From Candidatus Eiseniibacteriota bacterium (GTDB lineage Bacteria; Joyebacterota; Joyebacteria; Joyebacterales; Joyebacteraceae): a DNA stretch of 64,000 nucleotides. The notes beneath the pieces are model-generated. The model was not told the origin of the DNA, made no database searches, and saw nothing but the letters and a program-made list of their open reading frames with translations. The translations under genes and the position numbers were made by a program. Position 1 is the stretch's first letter, and the number at the start of each line of letters is the position of its first letter. The DNA lies in assembly GCA_030609365.1 (NCBI GenBank), contig JAUWCJ010000001.1, positions 1,266-65,265 on the forward strand. The letters run 5' to 3'. Of this stretch, positions 54,168 to 64,000 are shown piece by piece.

Positions 54168-54938
54168 GTGATGTCAGGCTGGAGAATGGTCATCGACCTC
54201 ATCGACATGGCGATCGTTGCGTTCGTCGTGTACCACCTGCTCCTCCTGCTCCGCGGAAGACGCGCGATGCAGATGCTGACGTCGCTCTTCGTGATCGTCG
54301 TCATCGGGTTCGTCGCGCGCTGGCTCCAGTTCGACGCCTTGAACTGGCTCATGTCCGGACTCAAGGGTATCTGGGCCGTCATCTTCGTGATCCTGTTCCA
54401 GGACGACCTCAGAAGGCTGCTTGGCCAGGTCGGACAGAGCCGCTTCCTGAGGCCGCTCGTCAAGCTCGAGGAGCATGAGGCGATAGAGGCCATCGTGGCC
54501 GCTTCGAAGACGCTGTCGCAGAAGAACACGGGGGCACTCATGGTCATCGAGCGCTCCGCCAGGCTCTCCAACTACTACCAGACCGGCGTCCAGCTGAATG
54601 CCCCAGTCGTTTCGACTCTGCTGGAGTCGATCTTCACGCCGCTCACGCCTCTGCACGACGGAGCCGCCATCATCAGCAGCAACCAGATCGTCGCGGCGCG
54701 CTGCACTCTCCCTCTCTCACAGAATCCGTATTTCGTCCACACTCTTGGGACACGTCACCGGGCCGCCGTCGGCCTGACGGAGGAGACCGACGCCGTCGTG
54801 GTCGTCGTCTCAGAGGAAACCGGGGAAATATCGCTCGCGCTCGCCGGGCAGATATCAAGAGGCCTCTCCGCCAGCGCATTGAAGGAAAGACTCGTGCAGC
54901 TTCTGAGACCGGCAACGACTGAAGGAACGGGAAACTAG
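54168..54938 (+). CDS. cdaA: Diadenylate cyclase (c-di-AMP synthase, CdaA/DacA type)
   Basis: Three N-terminal TM helices, then a DisA_N/DAC domain with HDGAAIIS, TRHRAAVGLTEETDAVVVVVSEETGEISLA. Confidence 0.8.
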   Translation: MMSGWRMVIDLIDMAIVAFVVYHLLLLLRGRRAMQMLTSLFVIVVIGFVARWLQFDALNWLMSGLKGIWAVIFVILFQDDLRRLLGQVGQSRFLRPLVKLEEHEAIEAIVAASKTLSQKNTGALMVIERSARLSNYYQTGVQLNAPVVSTLLESIFTPLTPLHDGAAIISSNQIVAARCTLPLSQNPYFVHTLGTRHRAAVGLTEETDAVVVVVSEETGEISLALAGQISRGLSASALKERLVQLLRPATTEGTGN

Positions 54939-54948
54939 AGGAGACCTG

Positions 54949-57642
54949 ATGTACGACCACGAGAGAACGAATCGCATCATCGCTTGGGCAGTCGGAGCCT
55001 TCGCCCTCATCATGTACCTTGCAACCACCGCGCCCGTTGTCGCGTTCTGGGACAACGGGGAGTTCATCGCGGTCGGTTATACGCTCGGCGTCGGCCATCC
55101 ACCCGGTTCTCCGATCTACACGCTGATCTCAAGACTGTTCTCCATCCTTCCGTTCGCCAATCCGGCTCAGGCAGTCAACTTCGAGTCTGTGGTCTCCGCT
55201 GCACTGGCGCTCGTCTTCTTCTACCTCGCAATCGCGAAGATGACCAAACGATGGGAAGGCCCGGTAAGGAGCTTCCAGGATGGACTTCCCACCTACGTAG
55301 CCGGAATCACCGCATGTCTGTTCGCAGGATTCTCGTTCAGCTTCTGGGAGAACGCGCTCGAGGCTGAGGTGTACGCCACCAACATGCTCGTGATGGCAGC
55401 GTCGCTCTGGCTGATCCTGAGATGGTCGGAGGTCCGCGAGGAGCCCCGGGACAGACGGTACCTGTACCTGATCATGTACTTGCTGTCCGTGGGGATCGGG
55501 ATCCATATGGGCAGTCTGCTGTGGGCGCCCGGCATCCTGCTCTTCATGATCCTCTTCGAGAGGAACTACCTCGGGGTCATATTCCTCGGACTGCCGCTGC
55601 TCATGGGCTTCGTTCTTCTTTCGAAGGGCATGGACTGGTACAGGGGACCGCTGGGTCTCTGGCTGATGTGGATCGCCGTAACGGTCTTCTATGCGACACC
55701 GGCGCTCTGGCCCGAGCAGAAGAAGGTCAAGGGGAAGCGCGCGAAGGACCCGAAGAGGCATCCCGCCGTCTTGCCCTCGTGGCTGCTGATAGGGCTGTCT
55801 GTCGTGGGCGCTGTTCTGCTCTTCGCCACGTCGTCGGCGCACGGCGGCGGAGCGGGGGTCTGGTATGTCGGGTGCGCGGCGGTGTCGGCGGCGGCCATCT
55901 ACTTCTTCGTCCACCTGCTCCGCAAGGGCGTGATCGACAGGCCAGAGATCCCCGCCAGGATGGTCCTGGGAACTGTGGCCCTGGCAGTCATCGCACTCTC
56001 GGTGCACGCCTATCTCCTCATACGGGCACGCCTCAATCCCGCCATCAACGAGTCCGACCCTGACACGTGGGGCAAGGTCTTAGACGTGATGAGGCGCAAG
56101 CAGTACGAGCCGATGAGGTTCTTCCCGCGGAGGACGCCGTTCAGCAATCAGTTCAAGATCCTCTGGGGGTACTTCCGCAACCAGTTCCCGGTGTTCCCCC
56201 CCACCCTCTGGTTCGCATCGGTTCCGCCGTTCCTCCTCGCGATCTGGGGCGCCATTATGCACCTCAAGCGCGACCGAAGGACCGCGGCCATGATGCTTGT
56301 CGGCTTCGCCGTGGCGTCCGTCGCGCTTCTCTTCTACCTCAATATCTCCGACCACGAGGTCAGGAGCCGCGAGTACTTCTGGGTGCCGTCCTACGTCGGC
56401 CTTGCCATCTGGATGGGGATAGGCTCCGGGGCGATCATTCGGTGGGCAAAGAAGATGGGAAGTGCCTACCGCAATCTCATGGTGGCGGCACTTGTGCTGT
56501 TCGCGGTCATGCCCATCGTCATGCATTACCACACACTGGACAGAAGCGAGAACAAGGTCGCGTACTACTACGCCTGGAACATGATCAACTTCCTCGAAGA
56601 GGATGCCATCATCATCACGAATGGGGACAACGACACGTTCCCTCTCTGGTATCTCCAGCAGGTCGAGGGCATACGCACTGACGTAGACATCGTCAATCTC
56701 TCGCTGATACAGATCAACTGGTACATCGAGCAACTCAAGGACCGTGAAGTGCCGATGAGCTTCTCCTACGACGAGATCGAGCGGATGACGCCCTATTGGA
56801 CGCGCGACGCCGACACCGGTGAGTTGAAGCTGATCACGCTGAGGGACATCACGCTCCACGACATCATCAGGGAGAACAACTGGGGCAGGCCCATCTACTT
56901 CGCCGTCACCGTAGATGACTTCATGGGCTACTACGACAACCTGGAGCTGGAAGGAATGGTCTTCCGTCTCAAGCCGGAGGCGGGACGCCACATGATCAAC
57001 GTCGAGAAGACGTACGAGAACTGCTTCGAGAACTACAGATACGACAGTCTCGTTGACGTCGACGACGGCTGGAGGGTCATGGACGAGATCTACAAGCCTC
57101 CGACGACAGCCCGTCTGGTGACCAACTACGCCGCCGGGTTCTCGCGCCTGGGGTTCAAGGCGATGCAGACGGCTCCGGTGAACGCGGACGAGGCGGTCCG
57201 CCTCTACACCCTGGCTCTGAAGTTCGCTCCGCGCTATGGGCCGGCTCTGAACGGACTCATTGCCATCTACGCCGTCCACATGATGCAGCCTGAGAAGGCG
57301 CTTCCGCTGGCAGAGAAACTGCTGGAGGCCCAGCCCGATCGCATCGAGACGTGGGTGAGATACGGTGGGGTCCACTTGATGATCGGCGAGAGAATTGAAA
57401 GAAGCGGCGACAACGCGAAAGCGCTGGCGCACTTCGAGGAAGCCGTGCGCGCCTACGAACATGCCCTCAGCCAGGAGCCGGACAGACGCGAACTCTACCC
57501 GCCGCTTCTCTCGATGTATCGGAGGCTGGGCAGGACCCGAGAGCTCAATAGTCTGCTGGACCTGTGGGGAAGGTACGCACCGGAGGAGCTTCAGGACCTG
57601 ATGGAGGCCGGTGCGGGACGGGACCTCAACCGCGGAGAATGA
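54949..57642 (+). CDS. DUF2723/TMEM260-like GT-C fold membrane protein with C-terminal TPR-like region
   Basis: Polytopic N-terminal ~500 aa with FWDNGEFIAVGYTLGVGHPPGSPIY, reminiscent of the DUF2723 (TMEM260-like predicted protein O-mannosyltransferase) family. The C-terminal soluble ~350 aa contain TPR-like helical repeats. The assignment is from motif memory, not a search. Confidence 0.5.
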   Translation: MYDHERTNRIIAWAVGAFALIMYLATTAPVVAFWDNGEFIAVGYTLGVGHPPGSPIYTLISRLFSILPFANPAQAVNFESVVSAALALVFFYLAIAKMTKRWEGPVRSFQDGLPTYVAGITACLFAGFSFSFWENALEAEVYATNMLVMAASLWLILRWSEVREEPRDRRYLYLIMYLLSVGIGIHMGSLLWAPGILLFMILFERNYLGVIFLGLPLLMGFVLLSKGMDWYRGPLGLWLMWIAVTVFYATPALWPEQKKVKGKRAKDPKRHPAVLPSWLLIGLSVVGAVLLFATSSAHGGGAGVWYVGCAAVSAAAIYFFVHLLRKGVIDRPEIPARMVLGTVALAVIALSVHAYLLIRARLNPAINESDPDTWGKVLDVMRRKQYEPMRFFPRRTPFSNQFKILWGYFRNQFPVFPPTLWFASVPPFLLAIWGAIMHLKRDRRTAAMMLVGFAVASVALLFYLNISDHEVRSREYFWVPSYVGLAIWMGIGSGAIIRWAKKMGSAYRNLMVAALVLFAVMPIVMHYHTLDRSENKVAYYYAWNMINFLEEDAIIITNGDNDTFPLWYLQQVEGIRTDVDIVNLSLIQINWYIEQLKDREVPMSFSYDEIERMTPYWTRDADTGELKLITLRDITLHDIIRENNWGRPIYFAVTVDDFMGYYDNLELEGMVFRLKPEAGRHMINVEKTYENCFENYRYDSLVDVDDGWRVMDEIYKPPTTARLVTNYAAGFSRLGFKAMQTAPVNADEAVRLYTLALKFAPRYGPALNGLIAIYAVHMMQPEKALPLAEKLLEAQPDRIETWVRYGGVHLMIGERIERSGDNAKALAHFEEAVRAYEHALSQEPDRRELYPPLLSMYRRLGRTRELNSLLDLWGRYAPEELQDLMEAGAGRDLNRGE

Positions 57643-60283
57643 CCGAGGCCGGTCCGTCCTCCGCGGTCAGGTACTCCCCGGCGACGCGCACCACGTCGTC
57701 GTTGGTGATCCCTCTAACGATGCCAGGAAGTCTTTCGACGTACTCGTAGCCCATCCCCGCCACCTCAGCAACGCCGTAGCTTGCGGCTCTCACGGCGCCC
57801 CGCTGCATGGAGATCTCGAGCATCCCGGCGAGGTATCGCCGCCCTCTGTCCAGCTCATCCCCTGAGAGCCCATCCCGCGACAGGCTTGAGAGCTCCGAGG
57901 TGAACGTGCTGACGGCGGTCTCCTCCTGACCCGGCGGTGTCGTCACGTACCCGACGAGCGCTCCTCCCTCACGGCCCGGAACAGGCATCGCTCTGACGCT
58001 GTAGGCGAACGGCGGACGTTCGCGCAACGCCCGCCAAAGCCTCCCTCCCATCATCGTCAGCGTGCTGGACACCACGTGCATCGTCGCCGAGTCCCGCGTT
58101 CCTATCCGAGCCCCCCGGAAGCCCACGGCAACCGAGGACTGCCCCTTCCGCTCCAGTGGCTCGTCGATCCGGCCTCGAGGTCGCGGCGCGTCCCACGCGC
58201 CCCCTCCCTCCGCGGGCGCGCCGGGGAGTGCGGCGAGCGCCAGCTCGAGTTCGTCCGCCGCCCTCCGGGCTGAGACATCCCCGCTCACGCAGGCGAAGAG
58301 ATTCCCCGCCGAGAACCGCTGCGAATGCCACTCGCCGGTACTCTCGCCCGACATAGCTGAGAGCGTCTCTCCAGTCCCGGCGATCGGACGGCCGTAGGGA
58401 TGGCCCGGGAAAAGCAACGGCACCAGTCGCCGCATCGTCCTGCGGAAGGGATGGTCCTCGGCCTCTCCCAATTCCGCAAGAGCCTCGGCACGCACGGCGT
58501 CGAAGTCAGCGACACTGAGTGCCGGGCGCACCACGGTCTCGCACAGGACTCCGAGCGCCTCTCTTAGATACTTCGACAGGACAGTCGCGCCCGCGCCGAA
58601 GCCGTCGCGGTCGACCGAGACAGATATGCCGCTGCCCAAACCCTCGATGTCATCGGCCAGCCTGTCCGCGGACCGCGAGACAGTTCCTCTGAGCATGTGC
58701 TTCAGTGTGAGGTTCGTAACGCCCAGCAGCGAATCCGGCTCGTCACGAAATCCTCCACGGAATCCCAGCGCCACTGAGACGAGCGGGAGATACGTCGATT
58801 CTCTGACAACGAGAGTGGCGCCGTTTGAGAGCGTCCTCCGCGAGCACGTGGCCTCCGGGGTCTCCCGCACGATCAGGGGCCTCGCGAACCTCGCGCTCCC
58901 GTCCCATGCCACCGGCGTCTCTCCCAGCAGTTGTTCCGCGACGCGGCTGCTGCCGGACAGCGCGGCGGAGACAAGAACGTCCGGGCTCTCCTTGGCGGCG
59001 CTGCTTCCCTCGGGCACGTAGGCGACCATCGCAGCGCTCTCGGCGTCCAGGTAGTCGTTGGCCGCTCGCATAACATCGTCAGGTGTCACCGCGGCCAGCC
59101 GATCGACGTACTCCTCGGCGTATCTGTGATCTCCCATCGTCTCGAAGAAACCCAGGTTCATTGCCATGGTCTCGACGGTCTCGTGCTCCAGGAGGTACCC
59201 TGCCTCGAGTCGTCTTACGCTCTTCACCATCTCGTCCAGGCCGACAGGCGCGCTCTGCAGCCGGCGAATCTCCCCGAACAGCCCCTCGACGATCCTGGCA
59301 GGCGATGCCCCGCTCGTCCCGACGGCATGCACCGCGACAATGCCTACGTCCCTGTGTGCAACGACAGACGCGCTGACGTCGGACACAAGGCCCGAGGAGG
59401 TCTGCAGTGACTTGCGGAGACGGCTGCTTCTTCCGAGTCCGAGCAGCCCACAGAGCACATCCAGAACGGGTATGTCGTGGTCGCGCACGGGAGGCGCCCC
59501 GAAGCCCACGACCAGATACGGCTGGCGAAGGTGCCCGGCGAGAACAGAAGAGGCGGGAGTCCACACTGGGCGACTGCCGGGGCCTTCCTTCCGAACACCG
59601 CCGACGCTCGCGAGCTTTCGACCGCTGTCCGTCGCACTCCCGTGTTCTCGATCGCTGTCCGTCGCCTCCGCAAGCTCACGAGCTCGGGCAATGACCTCCT
59701 CCGCGTCCACATCTCCCAGAACCACCTGCACCATGTTCCCCGGGACGTAGCGCGCGCGGAAGTAGTCAGACAGAGCGACGCCATCGATGACAGCCAGGGT
59801 CTCCTCGGTGCCGACGATACGGCGTCCGTACCCGCTGTCCGGGAAGGCCGTCTCCATCAGACGGCGCCAGACGAACCTCGACGGATTGAGCTCGGACATC
59901 TTCATTTCCTCGACGATGACCGATCGCTCGCTGTCGACCTCCGCCTCCGCGAAGACCGGGGCCCGCAGGGTCTCCACCTGAGCCTCGAGAATCTCACACC
60001 AGTTGCGCGCCGGCACCACTTGATAGAACGCGGTGTGATCGCATCCGGTTGCCGCGTTGAGATACCCACCGGCTTCCTGGACCGTCCGGGTCAGCAAGCC
60101 CTGCGGGTCGCCCTCTCGGCCCTTCAGCAGCATGTGTTCGAGGAAGTGGGAGACGCCGGCGAGCTCTGCGGACTCGTCGGCAGAACCGGTCCCGACCCAC
60201 AGGTTCAGGGCCACAACCGGCGCGACGTGCACCTCCTCCACCAGGAGGGTCGTCCCGTTCGGAAGGATCTCACTTACAACCAT
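57626..60283 (-). CDS. M16 family (insulinase/pitrilysin-like) zinc peptidase, tandem double-domain
   Basis: Inverted zinc motif HxxEH in GVSHFLEHMLLKG near the N-terminus. The 885 aa fit two M16 active/inactive domain pairs. Confidence 0.8.
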   Translation of the reverse strand: MVVSEILPNGTTLLVEEVHVAPVVALNLWVGTGSADESAELAGVSHFLEHMLLKGREGDPQGLLTRTVQEAGGYLNAATGCDHTAFYQVVPARNWCEILEAQVETLRAPVFAEAEVDSERSVIVEEMKMSELNPSRFVWRRLMETAFPDSGYGRRIVGTEETLAVIDGVALSDYFRARYVPGNMVQVVLGDVDAEEVIARARELAEATDSDREHGSATDSGRKLASVGGVRKEGPGSRPVWTPASSVLAGHLRQPYLVVGFGAPPVRDHDIPVLDVLCGLLGLGRSSRLRKSLQTSSGLVSDVSASVVAHRDVGIVAVHAVGTSGASPARIVEGLFGEIRRLQSAPVGLDEMVKSVRRLEAGYLLEHETVETMAMNLGFFETMGDHRYAEEYVDRLAAVTPDDVMRAANDYLDAESAAMVAYVPEGSSAAKESPDVLVSAALSGSSRVAEQLLGETPVAWDGSARFARPLIVRETPEATCSRRTLSNGATLVVRESTYLPLVSVALGFRGGFRDEPDSLLGVTNLTLKHMLRGTVSRSADRLADDIEGLGSGISVSVDRDGFGAGATVLSKYLREALGVLCETVVRPALSVADFDAVRAEALAELGEAEDHPFRRTMRRLVPLLFPGHPYGRPIAGTGETLSAMSGESTGEWHSQRFSAGNLFACVSGDVSARRAADELELALAALPGAPAEGGGAWDAPRPRGRIDEPLERKGQSSVAVGFRGARIGTRDSATMHVVSSTLTMMGGRLWRALRERPPFAYSVRAMPVPGREGGALVGYVTTPPGQEETAVSTFTSELSSLSRDGLSGDELDRGRRYLAGMLEISMQRGAVRAASYGVAEVAGMGYEYVERLPGIVRGITNDDVVRVAGEYLTAEDGPASVILRG

Positions 60284-60364
60284 GGCGTCTTCCGGTGAAG
60301 CGGGCCATCGGTGGTCAGGGAGGCCGGCCGGTCCATCCGCAGCCTGGCTACGAGCGCGTTCATT

Positions 60365-62029
60365 CTAGAGTTCACGGAAGCCCATCGACGCCTCCACGAG
60401 TGCGGGTTGGATGCTCCCGATGTCGAGCAGCTCGTCGTGAAACGTCTTGAGGTCGAACGCGCTGCCGGCGCGGGCCTCGTACCGCTCTCGTATGTTCAGG
60501 ATGGCGAGCTTGCCGACGAGGTAGCTCGATGGCTGCGTCGGATTGGCCGTGTAGCGCTTGACCTCGGCGGTCGCGTTGATCCGCTCGAGCGATACCTCGG
60601 ACATCATGAACTCAATGGCGTCCTCAATGGTCATCTCTCCGAGCTGCAGCCCGACGTCCACGACCACGCGGGCGGCACGCCAGAGCGTCTCCTTCAGCTG
60701 CCCGAGGCGTGTCTTCGCACTGGAGTAGAAGCCCGCATCCTTCATCATCTCTTCACAGTAGAGCGCCCACCCCTCGATGAAGACCGTATTCCACAGAACC
60801 TTCCGGACCTTGCGGCGGCCAAGATTGGCCCGGACGAGCTGCAGGTGGTGTCCCGGGTACGCCTCGTGGAGCGCAATGATGGGAATGGTGTGGACGCTGT
60901 GGCCGCGGAGCTGCTTCTCCTGCTCCTCGGGCGACAAACTGCCATCTATGGGCGTGACGTAGAAGAGCCCCCGCTGTTTCTTCTCAAAAGGTCCAGCCGG
61001 ATGGTAGGCAGCGAACGGGAGGATCGTCCTCAGGAAGACAGGAGTGTCAATCACTTCGAGCTCCTCACCCTCCGCGACGGTGACAAGATCGTGTTTGAGG
61101 ACGAACTCTCTCGCCCTTGCCATCTCGGAGGCGTAGTGCTGCCGCAGCCCACCCGCGGGCGGATGCTCGCACTTGAGGTCGTCCATGATCTCGTGTGACG
61201 TCCTGCCGGGATCGATCTCCCGAGCGACGTCATCCATCTTCTCCCGTATCTCCGCCAGCATGCTCCGGCCGAGCTCCCTGAGCTCAGCGCTGTCCATACC
61301 GAGCATGTGGTACTCGCGCAGAAGCCACTCGTAGTTCTCCTGACCGACGTGGAAGGGAACGCCCGAACCTTCTGCCATCGCACCGAGGTAGTCCGCGGCC
61401 CCACCGAATGCCTCAGCCGCGGCCGCGCTCGCCCTTTCCAGATCGGTCCGAAGTGATGGCACCTCCTCCGCGATTCCCGGTACCACCGCACTGACGAACC
61501 CCACTCCCCCCCTGGCAATCTCGGCTCCGATAGTTGCGAACACGCCCGGCGACTGCTTGATGTTCTCACGCATCGCCCTGAGGACGCCCGGGATCTGCTC
61601 GAGTCTGCCGAGAAGCGAGCGAGCGCGGTCCGGCAGCGGAGCGAAGTCACCGAGGACAAGTTCGTTGCACCCGGAGAGCGCCGTCGCAACATACTCGGAG
61701 GGTTTCAGCTCGTGCGTGCGGAGCTTCTCGTGCTCGAACACGGAGCGTCTCAGCGAGGCCCGAAGCGCCGCCGCATCAATCCCGGCGTCGACCCCCTCGT
61801 CATCCAGAGAGAGAGCCTCGAGCTCCGAAAGGAGTCCCTTCAGATGGCCGTTCTTCTCCTGCTGGGCAGCAGGCGAGAACTCGCCCAGTTCGGCGTCGTG
61901 ATCGTGCACACCCAGGAATGTCGCGAGAACCGGGTAGTCGGCAATCAGCGTGCTCACATAGCTGTCGATCACCCTGTCGAGTGCGGCGCTCATAGGACCT
62001 CCCGTGCCGTTGGAGATTCCGGCTGTCAC
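60365..62029 (-). CDS. DUF885 family protein (metalloprotein-like, HEAYPGHHLQ motif)
   Basis: ~550 aa with the family-characteristic HE..PGHH.Q motif (LHEAYPGHHLQL). Confidence 0.6.
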   Translation of the reverse strand: MTAGISNGTGGPMSAALDRVIDSYVSTLIADYPVLATFLGVHDHDAELGEFSPAAQQEKNGHLKGLLSELEALSLDDEGVDAGIDAAALRASLRRSVFEHEKLRTHELKPSEYVATALSGCNELVLGDFAPLPDRARSLLGRLEQIPGVLRAMRENIKQSPGVFATIGAEIARGGVGFVSAVVPGIAEEVPSLRTDLERASAAAAEAFGGAADYLGAMAEGSGVPFHVGQENYEWLLREYHMLGMDSAELRELGRSMLAEIREKMDDVAREIDPGRTSHEIMDDLKCEHPPAGGLRQHYASEMARAREFVLKHDLVTVAEGEELEVIDTPVFLRTILPFAAYHPAGPFEKKQRGLFYVTPIDGSLSPEEQEKQLRGHSVHTIPIIALHEAYPGHHLQLVRANLGRRKVRKVLWNTVFIEGWALYCEEMMKDAGFYSSAKTRLGQLKETLWRAARVVVDVGLQLGEMTIEDAIEFMMSEVSLERINATAEVKRYTANPTQPSSYLVGKLAILNIRERYEARAGSAFDLKTFHDELLDIGSIQPALVEASMGFREL

Positions 62030-62680
62030 GCGTGTGGACCCGTCGCAGTTGGATTGTCACACAGGAGGACCATGTGCTCAAGACGATTTGCCGCGGTAGA
62101 CGGCGGCTCCGAGCCCAAGGATCATTGCGCATTCTGCGAGGCTACCTGCCAGCGAGTGCAGCAGCTGCCTTCGTGCGGTCGAGCAGATTACCGGGAACGA
62201 TGCGCTCCTCTGCCGTCCTCCCGAGACCCGGTGCGTCAGGACGCCCCTCGCGGTAGAGGCCGGCTCGAGCGTCGGCTCCAGCGCAAATCGAATGTTCGCC
62301 GAGAGAGTGGAGTTCAACCTTGCGAGGTCGGCTGGATCGACGGGACCGACGATGTGATGGCCCACGGGTCGAGCCCTTGCCGGCCGACCGGAAGACCTGT
62401 GTGCTGAGGTTGCCCGTCCCACTGCATGCCCGTCCAATTCTGCGGGTTCACTGGCAGGGCCTCGGGGCCTGGCCAGGCGCGCCCAGCATCATCACCACCA
62501 CACCACACCGGCTCCTCCGCACGAGCCGGCGCCGCCTACCAGTCCCCTCACCCCACGTGATACGTTCCTGCGAGGTGCTTTCAGAGCAACCGGCATGCCA
62601 CCGCGTGCCTCGCGCGTTCGGAGCCGCCCCCGCCCCGCGCAACCTCGCATCCCATCACCACCTGGAGCGGTCCGCCCCAC

Positions 62681-62724
62681 AAACAGAAGCGGAGCCCCGC
62701 CGCACAAGCGGGGCCCCGCCGTGA
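62681..62724 (-). terminator. Candidate intrinsic terminator for CDS 62740..63732
   Basis: Hairpin GGAGCCCCGC-cgcacaa-GCGGGGCCCC at 62691-62717. On the minus strand it is followed by cuucuguuugug (U-rich). Confidence 0.35.
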
Positions 62725-62739
62725 ATTTGGTTGACGGCT

Positions 62740-63732
62740 TCAGATGTGACGAGCGCGCCGCCTCGCCGCATACGCCTCGAGGACGATACCGAGCTTCCTG
62801 AGGATGGTCGCCAGTCGCATTGCCTCCGCAAGCCCGTTTCTAGCGCTTCTCTCCATCAATTCCGCAACGCGGCTGCCGTCGGCCTTCTCTGTCTCCGCCG
62901 TGATTATCCTGTCGGCCGCCTTGAGCGCCGCCTCCGCGTCTTCTCTTCTCTTCTCGAGCGGCCCGACGGCCTGTTCGGCGACCTGCGCCATAGTGCGGGC
63001 CGCGTCTCTCAGTCCGTTGACGGCTCTGGCGAGAGAGGCCTCATCAACGGACGGACGCGCCACCTCATCGACGACGGCATCTGCCAGAAGCTCTGTCTCC
63101 CGAGCGAGCGACCCCAGTGACTTGATCCTGGCCGCCGCGTCACTCGACGGACGGTTGCCGGACGCCCCTCTGGCCACGTCTCCGACGAGCCCGCGCGCCT
63201 CACCCAGACACCCGGCGACCTTCCGGAGTATGGCGATCTCTGCGGCGGCGCCCTCGCGGAGCTCTTTGAGGGAAACGAGGAGCTCGTGCGAAGACCTCAT
63301 GATCTCCGGAGCAGTGCGTTCGAGCTCCTCGATGACATCCTTGCTCGATGTGAGTTCGGACCGTGTGTTCGTGGAATCCCTGAGAAGCACCACGAGGCTG
63401 TTGATCTCGTCGTTCAGCTGTCCCAGCTCGTCCGTGCGAGTGAGTTCCGACAGCACACCCGTGTCGCCATGGCGCGCGACGTAGCAGGCGCGGATGAGAC
63501 GCCGGACCGCTCTGACGAGCGTGTTCCCCCACACCGCGGCAGCAACGAGGGACAGGGCAAGCATGCCCCCCAACACCAGCTGGACCGTCCCCGGGCTCGC
63601 GCCTCCGACGTACATCGCGAAGAGCACGAGGTCCTGTAGAACGAGGGCCGCGCCTATCAGGAGCACGACCTTGACCTCGATACTGGGACCGGAACGCTCC
63701 ATCAGGTCTTCCTTGAAGAGACGAGAGAACAC
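62740..63732 (-). CDS. Hypothetical membrane-anchored coiled-coil protein (HAMP/sensor-like)
   Basis: Two N-terminal TM helices (VVLLIGAALVLQDLVLFAMYV, LVLGGMLALSLVAAAVWG) followed by a long Ala/Leu/Glu/Arg-rich helical region. No output domain is recognised. Confidence 0.4.
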   Translation of the reverse strand: MFSRLFKEDLMERSGPSIEVKVVLLIGAALVLQDLVLFAMYVGGASPGTVQLVLGGMLALSLVAAAVWGNTLVRAVRRLIRACYVARHGDTGVLSELTRTDELGQLNDEINSLVVLLRDSTNTRSELTSSKDVIEELERTAPEIMRSSHELLVSLKELREGAAAEIAILRKVAGCLGEARGLVGDVARGASGNRPSSDAAARIKSLGSLARETELLADAVVDEVARPSVDEASLARAVNGLRDAARTMAQVAEQAVGPLEKRREDAEAALKAADRIITAETEKADGSRVAELMERSARNGLAEAMRLATILRKLGIVLEAYAARRRARHI

Positions 63733-63889
63733 GCGTGCTCAGAGCATGCATGACACGCACACCTGCGTGTGTGCACGAGATACTCCTCTATACGGACTCA
63801 CGATTCTGCAAGTAGCATGCCAGTAGGTCGCCGGCCGGGGACTCCCCCGCCGGGGGCGTTTCCGCCCCTAGTGCGGGTTTCCCGGCTTC

Positions 63890-64000
63890 TCAGCCCAATT
63901 CGTAGAGCTTGGGCCTGCGGTCGCCGAGGACGTCGTTGACGTCGGTGATCGCCTTGTTGCGGGCCAGCATCGGGTCGATCTCGACTACGAACACACCCTC
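63890..64000 (-). CDS. 3' end of an unidentified CDS running off the window
   Basis: The reverse strand translates to ..EGVFVVEIDPMLARNKAITDVNDVLGDRRPKLYELG* with the stop at 63890-63892. The frame is open to the window edge. Confidence 0.35.
   Translation of the reverse strand, partial: EGVFVVEIDPMLARNKAITDVNDVLGDRRPKLYELG

Overview
This is a 64 kb window of high-GC bacterial chromosome (roughly two-thirds G+C by eye). Genes are densely packed on both strands, typically 0-10 nt apart or overlapping by 4 nt (ATGA), so operons are likely. I found no transposase, integrase, CRISPR array or rRNA. The one tRNA (anticodon CAT) lies immediately upstream of tilS.

The window holds both housekeeping and accessory content.

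- **Housekeeping genes:** trpS, nifU/iscU-like, slt, ptsI, pfkA, clpB and the tilS-hpt-ftsH-folP-cdaA block.
- **Anaerobic redox cluster (~6.7 kb, minus strand):** HdrC-HdrB-HdrA-MvhD, then a soluble SdhB/SdhA-like fumarate-reductase pair and a hydrogenase-maturation-protease homolog. No membrane anchor subunits or hydrogenase genes are present. An ECF sigma factor, an S9 peptidase, a small Cys-rich anti-sigma and a CoA-disulfide-reductase-like oxidoreductase follow directly downstream on the same strand.
- **Secretome island:** three secreted proteins end in the same unrecognised tag (S/T)WGA(I/M)KAL(Y/F)(R/Q). One is a parallel beta-helix protein; the other two are tandem paralogs. They sit beside a ~1520-aa protein with peptidase C25 (gingipain-like), FG-GAP, beta-helix and FlgD/T9SS-type C-terminal sorting domains.
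- **XDH operon:** an orphan xanthine-dehydrogenase-family MoCo subunit, with no 2Fe-2S or FAD partner genes, is translationally coupled to a secreted protein of about twelve ~26-aa GNDxY repeats and to a secreted HEAT-repeat protein. An operator-like repeat region lies upstream.
- **Glycosylation candidates:** two GT-C-type TPR-bearing membrane glycosyltransferases (PMT/ArnT-like and DUF2723/TMEM260-like) plus a truncated GT4 at the window edge.

The organism is probably an uncultured diderm anaerobe or facultative anaerobe from a lineage that uses T9SS-like CTDs (FCB-group or Gemmatimonadota-like). That placement is inference only.
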